This document shows positions 41,298 through 50,693 of a stretch of DNA of 64,000 nucleotides, in pieces. The stretch is taken from NCBI GenBank assembly GCA_965213705.1, contig OZ243913.1, positions 3,552,001 to 3,616,000 on the forward strand. Reading direction: 5' to 3'. Position 1 is the first letter of the stretch; every line of letters starts with the position of its first letter. Source of the stretch: Trueperaceae bacterium. Lineage in GTDB: Bacteria; Deinococcota; Deinococci; Deinococcales; Trueperaceae. The notes beneath the pieces were generated by a model, which was not told the DNA's origin, did no database searches, and was given only the letters and a program-made list of their open reading frames with translations. A program made the position numbers and the translations under genes.

Positions 41298-41915
41298 CTA
41301 AAACTGCGGTTTGCGGAGCACGAGCGACTGAAAATGAAACCCCACCCCGCGCTCGGTTTGAACTTGCCGAAAGTAGACTGTTTCGAAAGCTCGGCCGACG
41401 CGTTTCAGCAAGTCCCGGTCCGTGTAGTAGGCAAAAAAGCGTTTGGGCTCGAGTGGGTCGTCCGGCCACACGCCTTCGAAGTCATGGCCGCCGTAGACGC
41501 CCAGGTAGAAAAGCCCGCCCGGTTTCAATACGCGGCGAACACCTTTCAAAACGTCCGGCAAGTCTTTTTTGGGCGTGTGCAGTAAAGAGTTCAGGGCGAA
41601 CACGGCGTCGAAAGAAGCCTCTGGAAAGTCCAGGGCCATAAAGTCCATAACCTGCGCCCTGAGTCCTTTCGCCCTGCACAGCCGCACCATCTCGGGTGAG
41701 AGGTCGGTCACGGTAACTTCCAAACCGTTGCGCTTGAAAAACAGGGCGTCCCGGCCGGGGCCTGCACCGAGTTCGAGCAGCGTCTTTTTCTTCGCAGCTT
41801 GCAACATGTCTAAAAAACGCCTGCGCTCCTCGACTTTCCAGGCCGAAGCTTTTACGGCGTCGCGGTCCTGGGCGGTTTTGTCGTAAGTGCTGCGCAGTTT
41901 GGTCGGGTCGTACAT
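41298..41915 (-). CDS. class I SAM-dependent methyltransferase
   Basis: LELGAGPG, DLSPEM, FDAVFA, VLKPGG. Confidence 0.9.
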   Translation of the reverse strand: MYDPTKLRSTYDKTAQDRDAVKASAWKVEERRRFLDMLQAAKKKTLLELGAGPGRDALFFKRNGLEVTVTDLSPEMVRLCRAKGLRAQVMDFMALDFPEASFDAVFALNSLLHTPKKDLPDVLKGVRRVLKPGGLFYLGVYGGHDFEGVWPDDPLEPKRFFAYYTDRDLLKRVGRAFETVYFRQVQTERGVGFHFQSLVLRKPQF

Positions 41916-41946
41916 TTGGCCTTAAAGCTCTTTTACAGACTCGGCG

Positions 41947-42204
41947 TCAAGTCAGGGCGACGCGAACACGCTCGGTAAATGTCTGCCTGCCAGCATCCGG
42001 CTCGGGCAACGCCAAGCCGTCGGCCCGGAGAGTCTCGAGGTAAAGTTGAATCATCTCTTTGACCATCACGCGAGCCTCCTCTAAAGTTTCGCCGTAAGTC
42101 GAACTGTAGTCCAGCGCAGGCACCGTGGCCGTGTAAGCGTTCCCTTCTTTTTCGAAGATGACGGTGTAGCCGTATTCGTGGTTGTCAACCATGTTGTCGG
42201 CCAT
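41947..42204 (-). CDS. hicB: HicB-family antitoxin (orphan)
   Basis: YTVIFEKE..AYTATVPAL...TYGETLEEA...EMIQLYLE; AGGAGG RBS. Confidence 0.85.
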   Translation of the reverse strand: MADNMVDNHEYGYTVIFEKEGNAYTATVPALDYSSTYGETLEEARVMVKEMIQLYLETLRADGLALPEPDAGRQTFTERVRVALT

Positions 42205-42281
42205 GCGAACCTCCTGACGGGCTGCGGTTTACTCTAGCATTCTTACGCAAATCCCGTTCCCGAAGTTCTTTGTTCTTTTTT

Positions 42282-42374
42282 GTCCTTGCGAGAAGCGGCC
42301 CAAGAGCGACGAGGCAACTTGGGTTTGCGTGAGGCGCGTACTTTGGGAAATTGCTTCGCTGCGCTCGCAAGGAC
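42282..42374. repeat. RPE/REP-like palindromic element
   Basis: GTCCTTGCGAG...GCGACGAGGCAA...TTGCTTCGCTGCGCTCGCAAGGAC with perfect 11-bp terminal inverted repeats. Confidence 0.8.
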
Positions 42375-42463
42375 GGTAGCGCGTAAGGTGAATGGCATCG
42401 TCTTCTTTTCGTTCCGTTTCTTTTCTTACTCCCCTTCTCACACCGGCCTCGGTATACTGCGCT

Positions 42464-43534
42464 GTGCTCGGACCCAAGCTCGCGCGTTACGTTGTTCGTG
42501 AAACGTTTTGGCTGTACCTGCTGGGCTTGGCGGCCTTTTGGTTGCTGCTGTCCATCGACACGCTCGTGACCTACTCGAACTTTTTGATTTACTACAGCGC
42601 TTCCCTGGGACAGGTCGGACAACTCATGCTTTACAAACTGCCCTACATCCTGCACATCGCGCTGCCGGTGGCGCTCGTCTTTGCGGTGCTCTTGGCGACC
42701 GGGCGCTTGGCGAAAGACTCCGAACTCAAGGCGACCTACGCCGCCGGGGTACCGCCGCTAAGATTGCTCACGCCGCTGATTTTGTTCGGTTTGGTGGTGA
42801 GCCTCGTCGCGGTTTTGAACAACGGTTTTTTAGAACCTTTAGGGGTCGAGGCCGAGGACGCACTCGTCAACAGTTTTTACTACGACCGGCCCCCCGCCGA
42901 GTTGCAGACCAACGTGGCTTACCGCGTGCCCGACCTGGGCGTGTTTTACGCGGGCCGTGTTCAAGCCGACGAAAACGACCCCAACCGCGCTTCGCTAAGC
43001 GGCGTGCTCGTCATCCAAAACGACGGGACCACCGTGACCGCGCCGGAGGGTGTGTGGAACAGCGAGCGGGGCGAGCAAACCTGGACGCTGCAAGACGCGC
43101 AAGTTACCGAGCTGGAGGGCGCGCCCGCGCTCAGCCCCGAACTCACCCTGCCTTTCAGCAGCGACGCCGCGGCGAGCGAAAGCTTGACCAGCAGCGACCA
43201 GCTCACTTTAGCCGAACTCGCGCGGCGTTTGGGCGCGGCGCGCGCTTCGGGTGGCGAGACGCGCGACCTCACTTTTACGCTACACCGCCGTTTGGCGGAC
43301 GCCTTCGGCGCGGTGATTTTTGCGCTCATCGCGGGCGCGCTCGGGCTGACGCTGCACGGCCGCTCGGCGGGCTTTGGCTGGACGATTGTGCTTATCGTCG
43401 TGTTTTACGTGCTGTGGACCCTGTCCGGCAACTTTTTCGAGCAGCGCGTGCTGCCGCCCGTCATCGCCGCGTGGCTCACGAGCGCGGTGGTGGGCGTGCT
43501 GGGCATGGTCGTCGCTTGGCGCAGGCTTCGGTAA
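42464..43534 (+). CDS. LptF/LptG-family permease
   Basis: RYVVRE, LPVALVFAVLLATGRLAKDSELKA..AAG, periplasmic beta-jellyroll region; leaderless GTG. Confidence 0.9.
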   Translation: MLGPKLARYVVRETFWLYLLGLAAFWLLLSIDTLVTYSNFLIYYSASLGQVGQLMLYKLPYILHIALPVALVFAVLLATGRLAKDSELKATYAAGVPPLRLLTPLILFGLVVSLVAVLNNGFLEPLGVEAEDALVNSFYYDRPPAELQTNVAYRVPDLGVFYAGRVQADENDPNRASLSGVLVIQNDGTTVTAPEGVWNSERGEQTWTLQDAQVTELEGAPALSPELTLPFSSDAAASESLTSSDQLTLAELARRLGAARASGGETRDLTFTLHRRLADAFGAVIFALIAGALGLTLHGRSAGFGWTIVLIVVFYVLWTLSGNFFEQRVLPPVIAAWLTSAVVGVLGMVVAWRRLR

Positions 43535-43550
43535 GCGTGTCGAGGCAACC

Positions 43551-44621
43551 ATGACAAAGCGTTTCAGCCTCTACCTTTTTCGCGAAATCCTGCCGCTCTA
43601 CGGTGCCGGGCTTGTCGCGCTGCTGCTGCTCCTGCTGGGGCTGTTTTTTGTGACCTTTTTGGCCGACATCATCGCTCGAGGGGCGCCGCCCGCGTTGGTC
43701 GCGCAGTTTTTGCTCTACAAACTGCCGGGCGCGGCCGGGCGCGGTATCCCGCTAGCGCTGCTGTTCGCGGCGCTCCTGGGACTGACCCGGCTGGTTCAGG
43801 ACAGCGAGGTCAAGGCGGCCTTGCTGTTGGGCCTGAGCCCGCGCCAGTTCACGGTGCCGCTGCTCTTGTTGGGCTTGTCGGTGAGCGCGGTGAGTTTCAT
43901 CGTCAACGAGTCGGTGATTCCCTGGAGCGAGGCGCGGGCCGCCGAGGTGCAAAAAGACATCCTCATTCGCAGCCCGGAAAGCTTTTTGGAAGAGGGCAGC
44001 TTTTTTACCGACTCGCTCGGCCGGAGCGTGTTTATCGAGGCGCTGGCCCCCGGCGGGCGCTTTCGCAACGTCACGGTGATTCAGTCGGGCGGCGCGCAAG
44101 GCCCGCGCGAGGTCGTGCAGGCGCAGGGCGGCACCCTAGACGAGGCGGCCGGAGTGTGGGACTTGGAGGGCATTGAGTTTACGACCTACCGCAACAGCCG
44201 CGTGGTCCTGGACGCGACCGCCGAACGCGCGACGCTGCCGGTGCGCGAACTCGCCGCCGGGACGAACGCCACGCCCGAACTTGTCTACTTGCCGCTACGC
44301 ACCCTGCTGTCGCGGTTGCGCGACCCGGCGGGCGAAAAAAATGCCGAGTGGACCGCGTTTCACCGCAAGTTTGCCGAGCCGCTGGCGGCTACCGCGTTCG
44401 CGCTGTTCGCGCTCGCCATCGGCTTGGTGAGCTTTCGCCGCAACGCCTCGCTCGGACTCGTGGCGGTGCTGTTTTTGACGTTTGTTTACTACGCGACCTG
44501 GGCCGTCGCCAACTCACTCGGCGCGCAAGGGACGGTTCCGGCTTGGGTGGCGGGCTGGCTGCCGGTATTTTTGTACGCCGCCGCGGGGGTGGGTCTGCTC
44601 GCCGTCTCGTGGAGACGCTGA
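43551..44621 (+). CDS. LptF/LptG-family permease
   Basis: YLFREI, IPLALLFAALLGLTRLVQDSEVKA, HRKFAEP. Confidence 0.9.
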   Translation: MTKRFSLYLFREILPLYGAGLVALLLLLLGLFFVTFLADIIARGAPPALVAQFLLYKLPGAAGRGIPLALLFAALLGLTRLVQDSEVKAALLLGLSPRQFTVPLLLLGLSVSAVSFIVNESVIPWSEARAAEVQKDILIRSPESFLEEGSFFTDSLGRSVFIEALAPGGRFRNVTVIQSGGAQGPREVVQAQGGTLDEAAGVWDLEGIEFTTYRNSRVVLDATAERATLPVRELAAGTNATPELVYLPLRTLLSRLRDPAGEKNAEWTAFHRKFAEPLAATAFALFALAIGLVSFRRNASLGLVAVLFLTFVYYATWAVANSLGAQGTVPAWVAGWLPVFLYAAAGVGLLAVSWRR

Positions 44622-47618
44622 GTGAGGACGCTTGGCATATGGCTCGTCTTGCTACTGAGCGGTCTGGCCTTCGGCGAAAAAATCACCATCTCGACTGAGA
44701 AAGGTGACGCGGCAAGCCAGTTGGAGGTCCGTAACCTCACCCTGCCGGACGGCCAAGAGGTGGAATACTACGTGGTCAAGGGCTCGCCCGTGACCGTGAC
44801 CATCGACGACCAGCAGCTGATTGCCGACGAGGTCGAAATCGACTTTACCAACAAGCTCGTGCGGGTGGTGGGCTTCGGGACGTTTAAGTCCGCGGACGAG
44901 ACCATCGCCGGGAACGACCTCGTCGTCGAATTGGAGGACCAGACCTTCAACGGCAAGGACGTGCTCATCGTCACCGAGGCCATCGACGTGCTCGGGGTCG
45001 ACGCGTCGCGGGTGCCGGGACAAATCGACGTGCTGAGCGGGCGCTTCAGCCCCTGCAGCCGCTGCAACCAAAAAGTGCAGGACTACGGCTTTCGGGCTGC
45101 GCGGCTCGAGCTGTACCCCGGCGACCGTCTCGTGGCTTTCGAAGTCACAGTGGTCATTCGCGAGGTGCCCGTGCTGCTGCTGCCGCTCCTCGTTATTCCC
45201 CTGGCCCCGCCCGACCGGCAGCCGCGGCTCAGCATTACGCAAGGTTCGGCGACGGCGCGCGCCAACGTCTTCGTCGACCTGCCCTACGTGGCCGGGCCGA
45301 ACGCCCTTGGCACCTTTTCGGTGCGCTACTACGCTGATATTTTGCCGGGCGAGGGCAACTTGTTTACCAACGGTTTGTTGGGCGGGCGCACGACCACGAG
45401 CTACTTAGGCGGCGGCGTCAACCACCGCTTTTACACCGAGACCGGTCAGGGCCGCGTGGACTTTTTTTACGTGCCCTCTTTCGTCCTTTACGACGCGGAC
45501 CGCGTGCCCGTCGGCAAGACGCGCGACGAGGTGACCTTTCGGGTGCGCTACGACACCGCCGACGAACTTTTCGACGAGCCCGGCGTCGTCTCGGTCGCGG
45601 CCTTTGCCGAACGCGACGACGAGCGCCGCCAGCGTTTGGTCGAGTACGGCGCGGCGGCGAGCACGAGCGTCGCCGGTTTCGGCGTGACGCTCAGTACGAC
45701 CGGCTTTTTCGACCTCGACCGCGACGACGACGTCGCCGAACCCGCTTACGACGGCAGCGACGTGCCGCTGCGCACCTACGGGCGCGTCGAACTCGAATCC
45801 GAAACGGACCAGTTCAGCGTGGGGCCGTTTCGGCTCAGCGCGTCCAGACTGGACTTCGGCGTGTTCGAAGACCAGAGCAACCCGACGAACCGCAGCGCCG
45901 CGGCCACGCCCCGCGTCAGCGGCGGGCGGCTGCTCGCGGGCTACACGCTCAGCTTAGAGCCGCTTACGCCCTGGACGGGCTTTAGCGTGTCGGCGCGCAG
46001 CGACTTTAGCGGCCGGTACTACACGACGCGAAACCCGGGCGGCGGCGGTGAGCGCTTGCTCGACTGGTACACGCAGTTCGACGTCAACCAAAACCTGAGC
46101 TTCGGCAACTTCGGCGTCAGTTTCGTGCGCGACATCAACGAGGGCGAAACACCGTTTTTGTTCGACAGCCTGTACAACCTGGGCAACGTGGTACGCCTCG
46201 ACGCCGACCTGCAACTCGACCCCGCTCCGTGGCTCAGCTTTTCGTCGCGCGGCGGCTACGTGTTCGTGTTCGAAAATCGTCCGGACGCGACCGGCTTGGA
46301 ACCCCTTATCACCGACCTCACCTTGTTCGGCAACACAAGCTGGTTCAGCGTCACCTTTCAAAACACCTTCGATTTTCGTGAACAAGACCCCGGCACGCTG
46401 CTGACCCGCGTCGCGCTACGCTCGCCCGAACCAAGCCTGGCCGCTTCGCTTACCGTAACGTACGTCGCCGACTTCGACCCGCTGGACGTCCGCGGCGAGC
46501 GCGACAACGAAAGTGAACTCGTGTTCGAAATAGACTACGGTTTGCCGCCTTTTTTCGCCCTGGACTTTTTGGGCGGTTACACCTTCGAGCCGCCGCTGCC
46601 TTTAGAGGACGAACGACCCGCCTACTACCAGCCGTTCGTGCTCGGCCTCACCCTGGGCACGCTCGACTTGGGCGACGCGGTGCCGGGTTTGCGCTTCAGC
46701 TACGCGCGCGACTTAAACGACCGCGAAACCGAGCGCGTGGGGTTCGAATTCGGCGCGACCGTCGAACCCTTCGAGGTCACCTTGGTCCAGCGCTTCGACT
46801 TTCAGCGGGCCAGGGACGGTCTAACCAGCGACGTGCCGAGTTCGCCCTGGCAAGACAGCAGCTTGCGCGTAAGGTGGCGCGGCGTGGCGGCGCTGGAACT
46901 TACCGGCTATCCCCTCATCCCGCCCGAACTCCTCGGCCTGGAGTATAACCCCGACACGCGTGAGACCTACGGCGTGGCCTTTACCGACGACCTGACCGAC
47001 CAGGAGATAGACTGGCGACTGAGCTACGGCACCACGCGCAACCCGACGTTGAATGAGAACGCGGGCGGGTTTGAAAACTCAGGGCTCGAGCTGCGCGGCT
47101 CGGTGCAGAACGTGGCGACGCCCGCCTTTCAGTTCGGCGTCGAGCTGCTAGCCAACGTAGCGTTGGCCGACGACGCGCAGCCGGAGGCTTACTTGCGCAA
47201 CCTCAACTTGAGTCTGGCGACGAGCCTGTTCGGCGTCGTCGGGGTGCAGGGCGCGCTCCGCTATGACGGGGTTTACAACCGGACGCTCGGTGAGCTGAGC
47301 ACGAGCCGGCTCACCATCGGCGACGTGGCGTTTTCGGTCAAGTTTTTCGACCAGCTTTATGTAGGCGCACTGTTCAACGACGTATGGGACTTTACCAACA
47401 CCGACCCCGCCCAGAGCCCTTACACGTTTCAACCTGAGTTGCGCGTCGTTTGGGACCGCTGCTGCTGGGCACTCTACGCGAGCCTGGACACAAAGACGGG
47501 CGCGGTCTCGTTTACCCTGACGACGCCCGGCGCGGACCGCGGCTTCAGCCAGGGTTTCGACAGCGGCTTTACTTTTCCTCGAGCCCTGCTCGACACCCCA
47601 CTAGGAGGCATCCCGTGA
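44622..47618 (+). CDS. LptD-like outer-membrane protein
   Basis: signal peptide, N-terminal jellyroll with FSPCSRC, long beta-strand-rich barrel, late WDRCCW; follows lptFG. Confidence 0.75.
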   Translation: MRTLGIWLVLLLSGLAFGEKITISTEKGDAASQLEVRNLTLPDGQEVEYYVVKGSPVTVTIDDQQLIADEVEIDFTNKLVRVVGFGTFKSADETIAGNDLVVELEDQTFNGKDVLIVTEAIDVLGVDASRVPGQIDVLSGRFSPCSRCNQKVQDYGFRAARLELYPGDRLVAFEVTVVIREVPVLLLPLLVIPLAPPDRQPRLSITQGSATARANVFVDLPYVAGPNALGTFSVRYYADILPGEGNLFTNGLLGGRTTTSYLGGGVNHRFYTETGQGRVDFFYVPSFVLYDADRVPVGKTRDEVTFRVRYDTADELFDEPGVVSVAAFAERDDERRQRLVEYGAAASTSVAGFGVTLSTTGFFDLDRDDDVAEPAYDGSDVPLRTYGRVELESETDQFSVGPFRLSASRLDFGVFEDQSNPTNRSAAATPRVSGGRLLAGYTLSLEPLTPWTGFSVSARSDFSGRYYTTRNPGGGGERLLDWYTQFDVNQNLSFGNFGVSFVRDINEGETPFLFDSLYNLGNVVRLDADLQLDPAPWLSFSSRGGYVFVFENRPDATGLEPLITDLTLFGNTSWFSVTFQNTFDFREQDPGTLLTRVALRSPEPSLAASLTVTYVADFDPLDVRGERDNESELVFEIDYGLPPFFALDFLGGYTFEPPLPLEDERPAYYQPFVLGLTLGTLDLGDAVPGLRFSYARDLNDRETERVGFEFGATVEPFEVTLVQRFDFQRARDGLTSDVPSSPWQDSSLRVRWRGVAALELTGYPLIPPELLGLEYNPDTRETYGVAFTDDLTDQEIDWRLSYGTTRNPTLNENAGGFENSGLELRGSVQNVATPAFQFGVELLANVALADDAQPEAYLRNLNLSLATSLFGVVGVQGALRYDGVYNRTLGELSTSRLTIGDVAFSVKFFDQLYVGALFNDVWDFTNTDPAQSPYTFQPELRVVWDRCCWALYASLDTKTGAVSFTLTTPGADRGFSQGFDSGFTFPRALLDTPLGGIP

Positions 47619-48787
47619 AAAAGCTGTCCACCTGTCTCGCCCTGTGCGCCTCGGTCTTTTTGAGCGCCTGCACGGGCACTTCGGAAGAACGTTTGCCGAC
47701 CCTGCTCGCGGTTTCTTTGGGCGGCTCGGCGCAGCCCCAAGTCGCGCTGGTGCGCACCACCCTGACGACGAGCGAAGAGGCCCAGGGGGGCTTCGCCGTG
47801 CTCGAGAACAGCCGCCGCGCCCTGGCTGCGCCCGCCGTCGACTTTGCCGTGACCGAGCGCAACGGGTCGCGGAGCGAACTCGTCGTGCTGAGCAGCGCCG
47901 GCGGCGCGACGCCCAACACCGAGGTGGACGGCAGCGCGGTCTACCTCAACTTTTTCAGTTTGCAAGGCGTCGACGCGGCTTCGCCGGACGCTTTTGCGCC
48001 CACTCGAGCGCAGCGCACGCTGGGCAGTTTTACGAGCGCACCGGCGAGCTTTTGCCCGGAAGCCGTGCAAACGAGCCGCACCGGGCGTTACGTGGTCGTT
48101 TTCAACGCTTCACGGTGTGGGAGCGCCGCCTCTCTCGACCTTTTCGACACACAGACCAACCGGGCGCTGCCGCGTCTGACCGGCGGCACCTTCGGTCTGG
48201 TAGACGCGCCGCCCTACCTAGACCAACAGGCCGACACGCTTTACTACTTGCAGCAAAAAGTCAGCACCGCCGACCTCATCGCCGTGCGGCTTACCGACAT
48301 AGGCAACGGCGCGGACGTCGACTTTCCGGCCACGACCCTCGCGACCTTGCCCGACCGCGACCAGAGAGGGTTGACGCAGGTCGGCACCACCCTTTTAGCG
48401 CTGTACCCGAGCAGCTTTTTGAGCGTGCCCATAGCGACGCCCACCCAAAACGTCCTGGTCGACACGCTGTCCGACAGTCGGCGTTTTATCGACAACTTAT
48501 CGCCGTTCGAAACGTCGGTCCTTATCCTGGGCGACAACCGTTTGACCGTCCACAGGTTGCTCGACGACGCGGACGAGCAAAGCACGCCAGTTACCGTGAC
48601 GAGCGCGACGTACGACCCCTTGGAGCGGTTCGTCTATCTAGTGGGCGACCGGCAAATCACCCGCTTCGACCTGCTGCGTTACGACGGCGACTTTTCAGGG
48701 TTGTTGCGGACCTTTGAAGTGGTTGACCTCGTGCAGCCCGGTCCGGTCACCTGGTTCAAGGGGGTGGTGCCGGTGAGTGCGCCTTGA
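47615..48787 (+). CDS. lipoprotein of unknown function (beta-rich, possibly propeller)
   Basis: AGGAGG RBS, GTG start overlapping the lptD stop, lipobox FLSAC. Confidence 0.75.
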   Translation: MKKLSTCLALCASVFLSACTGTSEERLPTLLAVSLGGSAQPQVALVRTTLTTSEEAQGGFAVLENSRRALAAPAVDFAVTERNGSRSELVVLSSAGGATPNTEVDGSAVYLNFFSLQGVDAASPDAFAPTRAQRTLGSFTSAPASFCPEAVQTSRTGRYVVVFNASRCGSAASLDLFDTQTNRALPRLTGGTFGLVDAPPYLDQQADTLYYLQQKVSTADLIAVRLTDIGNGADVDFPATTLATLPDRDQRGLTQVGTTLLALYPSSFLSVPIATPTQNVLVDTLSDSRRFIDNLSPFETSVLILGDNRLTVHRLLDDADEQSTPVTVTSATYDPLERFVYLVGDRQITRFDLLRYDGDFSGLLRTFEVVDLVQPGPVTWFKGVVPVSAP

Positions 48788-48832
48788 ATCCGGTCGGCTG
48801 CGCTTGCCTCGCCACAAGCGGGCGTCCCCGTA

Positions 48833-49834
48833 TCAGGGCGCGGGCGCAGGCTCGAGCCGTTCCAAACCCGCCGCGATTTTGCCGACCAGGTCGGTCTGAA
48901 CCGCTTTTGAAGCGTTCCGCAGCGCGTTCTGCACCGCGCGCGCGTCCGAACTGCCGTGGCCGATAAACGCGTAACCGTTTACCCCCAACAGCGGCTGCGC
49001 CCCGACCTCGCCGGGGTCCATCTTGGCGGCGATGCCGCGCAAAATCGGTTTGACGAGGCCCGCCCCGAGCTTGACGAGCGGGCCGCTCGCTTGGACCGCC
49101 TCTTTGATCCAGCGAAACAGCTCGCGCGCTTCGCCCTCGGCGAGTTTGAGGACGACGTTGCCGGTAAAGCCGTCGGTGACGACCACATGCGTCGTCGCCC
49201 TGAACAGGTCGCGCCCTTCGACGTTGCCGTAAAAGTTGATGCCGGGAGTCGTCTTGAGCAGCGCGTAGGCTTCGCGGGTGAGGTCGTTGCCTTTGCCCTC
49301 TTCTTCACCGATGGACATCAAACCCACGGTGGGCTGCTCGGCAGCGTAGAAGGCTTTTGCATACACGCTGCCCATAATCGCGAACTGCTGCAGGTGCACG
49401 GGGCGGCAGTCGGCGTTCGCGCCCGCGTCTATCAAAGCGACGTAGCCGTTTTGCACCGGCATGTTGGCGAGAATCGCCGGCCGTTCAACTCCTTTGAGAC
49501 GGCCCAACACCAGCAGCGCCGCCGCCATCGTCGCGCCCGAGTGGCCCATCGACACGGCTGCCGAAGCCTCGCCCGACTTGACTAAGTTCATCGCCACCAT
49601 GATGCTGCTCGCCTTGCGCCGCCGCACGTCCGTGGCGGGCTCGTTCATGCCGATGACGTCCGCGGCGTGAACGACTCCCACCGCGCCGCCGGCCTTGCTC
49701 AGTTCGGCTTGCAAAACGGCCTCGTCGCCGACCAAGATGACAGCGATACCCTCACGCGCTGCGGCGAGCGCCCCCGCCACGGCGGCCTGCGGCATGTGGT
49801 CGCCGCCGGCTGCGTCCAGAGCTATCGGTTTCAT
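48833..49834 (-). CDS. plsX: phosphate acyltransferase
   Basis: IALDAAGGDH, GVERPA, DAGAN, GEEEGKG, GNVEG, DGFTGNV, HGSS. Confidence 0.97.
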   Translation of the reverse strand: MKPIALDAAGGDHMPQAAVAGALAAAREGIAVILVGDEAVLQAELSKAGGAVGVVHAADVIGMNEPATDVRRRKASSIMVAMNLVKSGEASAAVSMGHSGATMAAALLVLGRLKGVERPAILANMPVQNGYVALIDAGANADCRPVHLQQFAIMGSVYAKAFYAAEQPTVGLMSIGEEEGKGNDLTREAYALLKTTPGINFYGNVEGRDLFRATTHVVVTDGFTGNVVLKLAEGEARELFRWIKEAVQASGPLVKLGAGLVKPILRGIAAKMDPGEVGAQPLLGVNGYAFIGHGSSDARAVQNALRNASKAVQTDLVGKIAAGLERLEPAPAP

Positions 49835-50072
49835 GAACGCCAGTATATAAGGTGCAGCAGCCCTCGACCCGCGACGCGACCGGGGGCTGACCTCACGCCT
49901 CGGCTACACCGCGGTTTTAGGGTTCGCAGAAAGGCAAGTCCGGCGTGATGGTCGGCTTCGACAAGTGCGGCACGGTGTTCGTGTTGCTGAGCCCGGTCTT
50001 CGAACGCAAGAAAAAATCGACGCGCAACTGTTCGAGATTGCGAAGGTGTTGGCAATATAAAAGGTTAGACGC

Positions 50073-50645
50073 TCATTTTGGTGAATTCGTTCCGTTGTCT
50101 TTTCCAGTAGCTTTTTCGAGCAAGTGCCAAGATGCTAACTCCCTGAGACTTGGAAACTCGAGCAGGCTGACACGGGTGCCTCGAGCGAAGACAGGTAAAC
50201 GCAAACCCCCTAAAACTCTGAAAGCTTCGACAATTTCTGCAGGCGTCAAACGCATCGTCAAGGTGGCGTGAGGAAACCAGCGGTTTGTTTCGGAGTAACC
50301 GTTCGTCGAGCTGGCATGTTGAAGCATGAATTCCTGAACCCGGCTATGCAGTTCCAAAAGTTCGGCGGTGACGACCGGAGCAACAAAGACGACGCCGTTT
50401 TCGTTGGCAAACGTCGCCAAAGAGGCGAACGTCAGGTCCACCGAAGACGTGTCTCTCAACGCCCGTGACAGCGCTTCGACAAGGCCGTCTACGTTCACGT
50501 CGTTGCCGAAAGACAAGGTTATGTGCGGCGTTGCCGGCTTGTCCAACATGGGATTGGGTAGACCTGCGTCTTTTAGTTTGTGCCAGAGCGAACGAAAAAG
50601 GGTATCTGTTGCGTTGTCAAAAAACAGTTGAAGGACGGCTTGCAT
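50073..50645 (-). CDS. 2H phosphoesterase (2'-5' RNA ligase family)
   Basis: two HxT motifs, PHITL and PHATL. Confidence 0.88.
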   Translation of the reverse strand: MQAVLQLFFDNATDTLFRSLWHKLKDAGLPNPMLDKPATPHITLSFGNDVNVDGLVEALSRALRDTSSVDLTFASLATFANENGVVFVAPVVTAELLELHSRVQEFMLQHASSTNGYSETNRWFPHATLTMRLTPAEIVEAFRVLGGLRLPVFARGTRVSLLEFPSLRELASWHLLEKATGKDNGTNSPK

Positions 50646-50693
50646 AAAAGCATCCTAACAGCAGGCACTTTCGTTTTGACTCAGACTAGCTTT

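Noticed and set aside
49860..50060. Possible gene fragment (...RTQEKIDAQLFEIAKVLAI*) upstream of plsX
   Set aside because: No clear start or recognisable family; too short to support a call.
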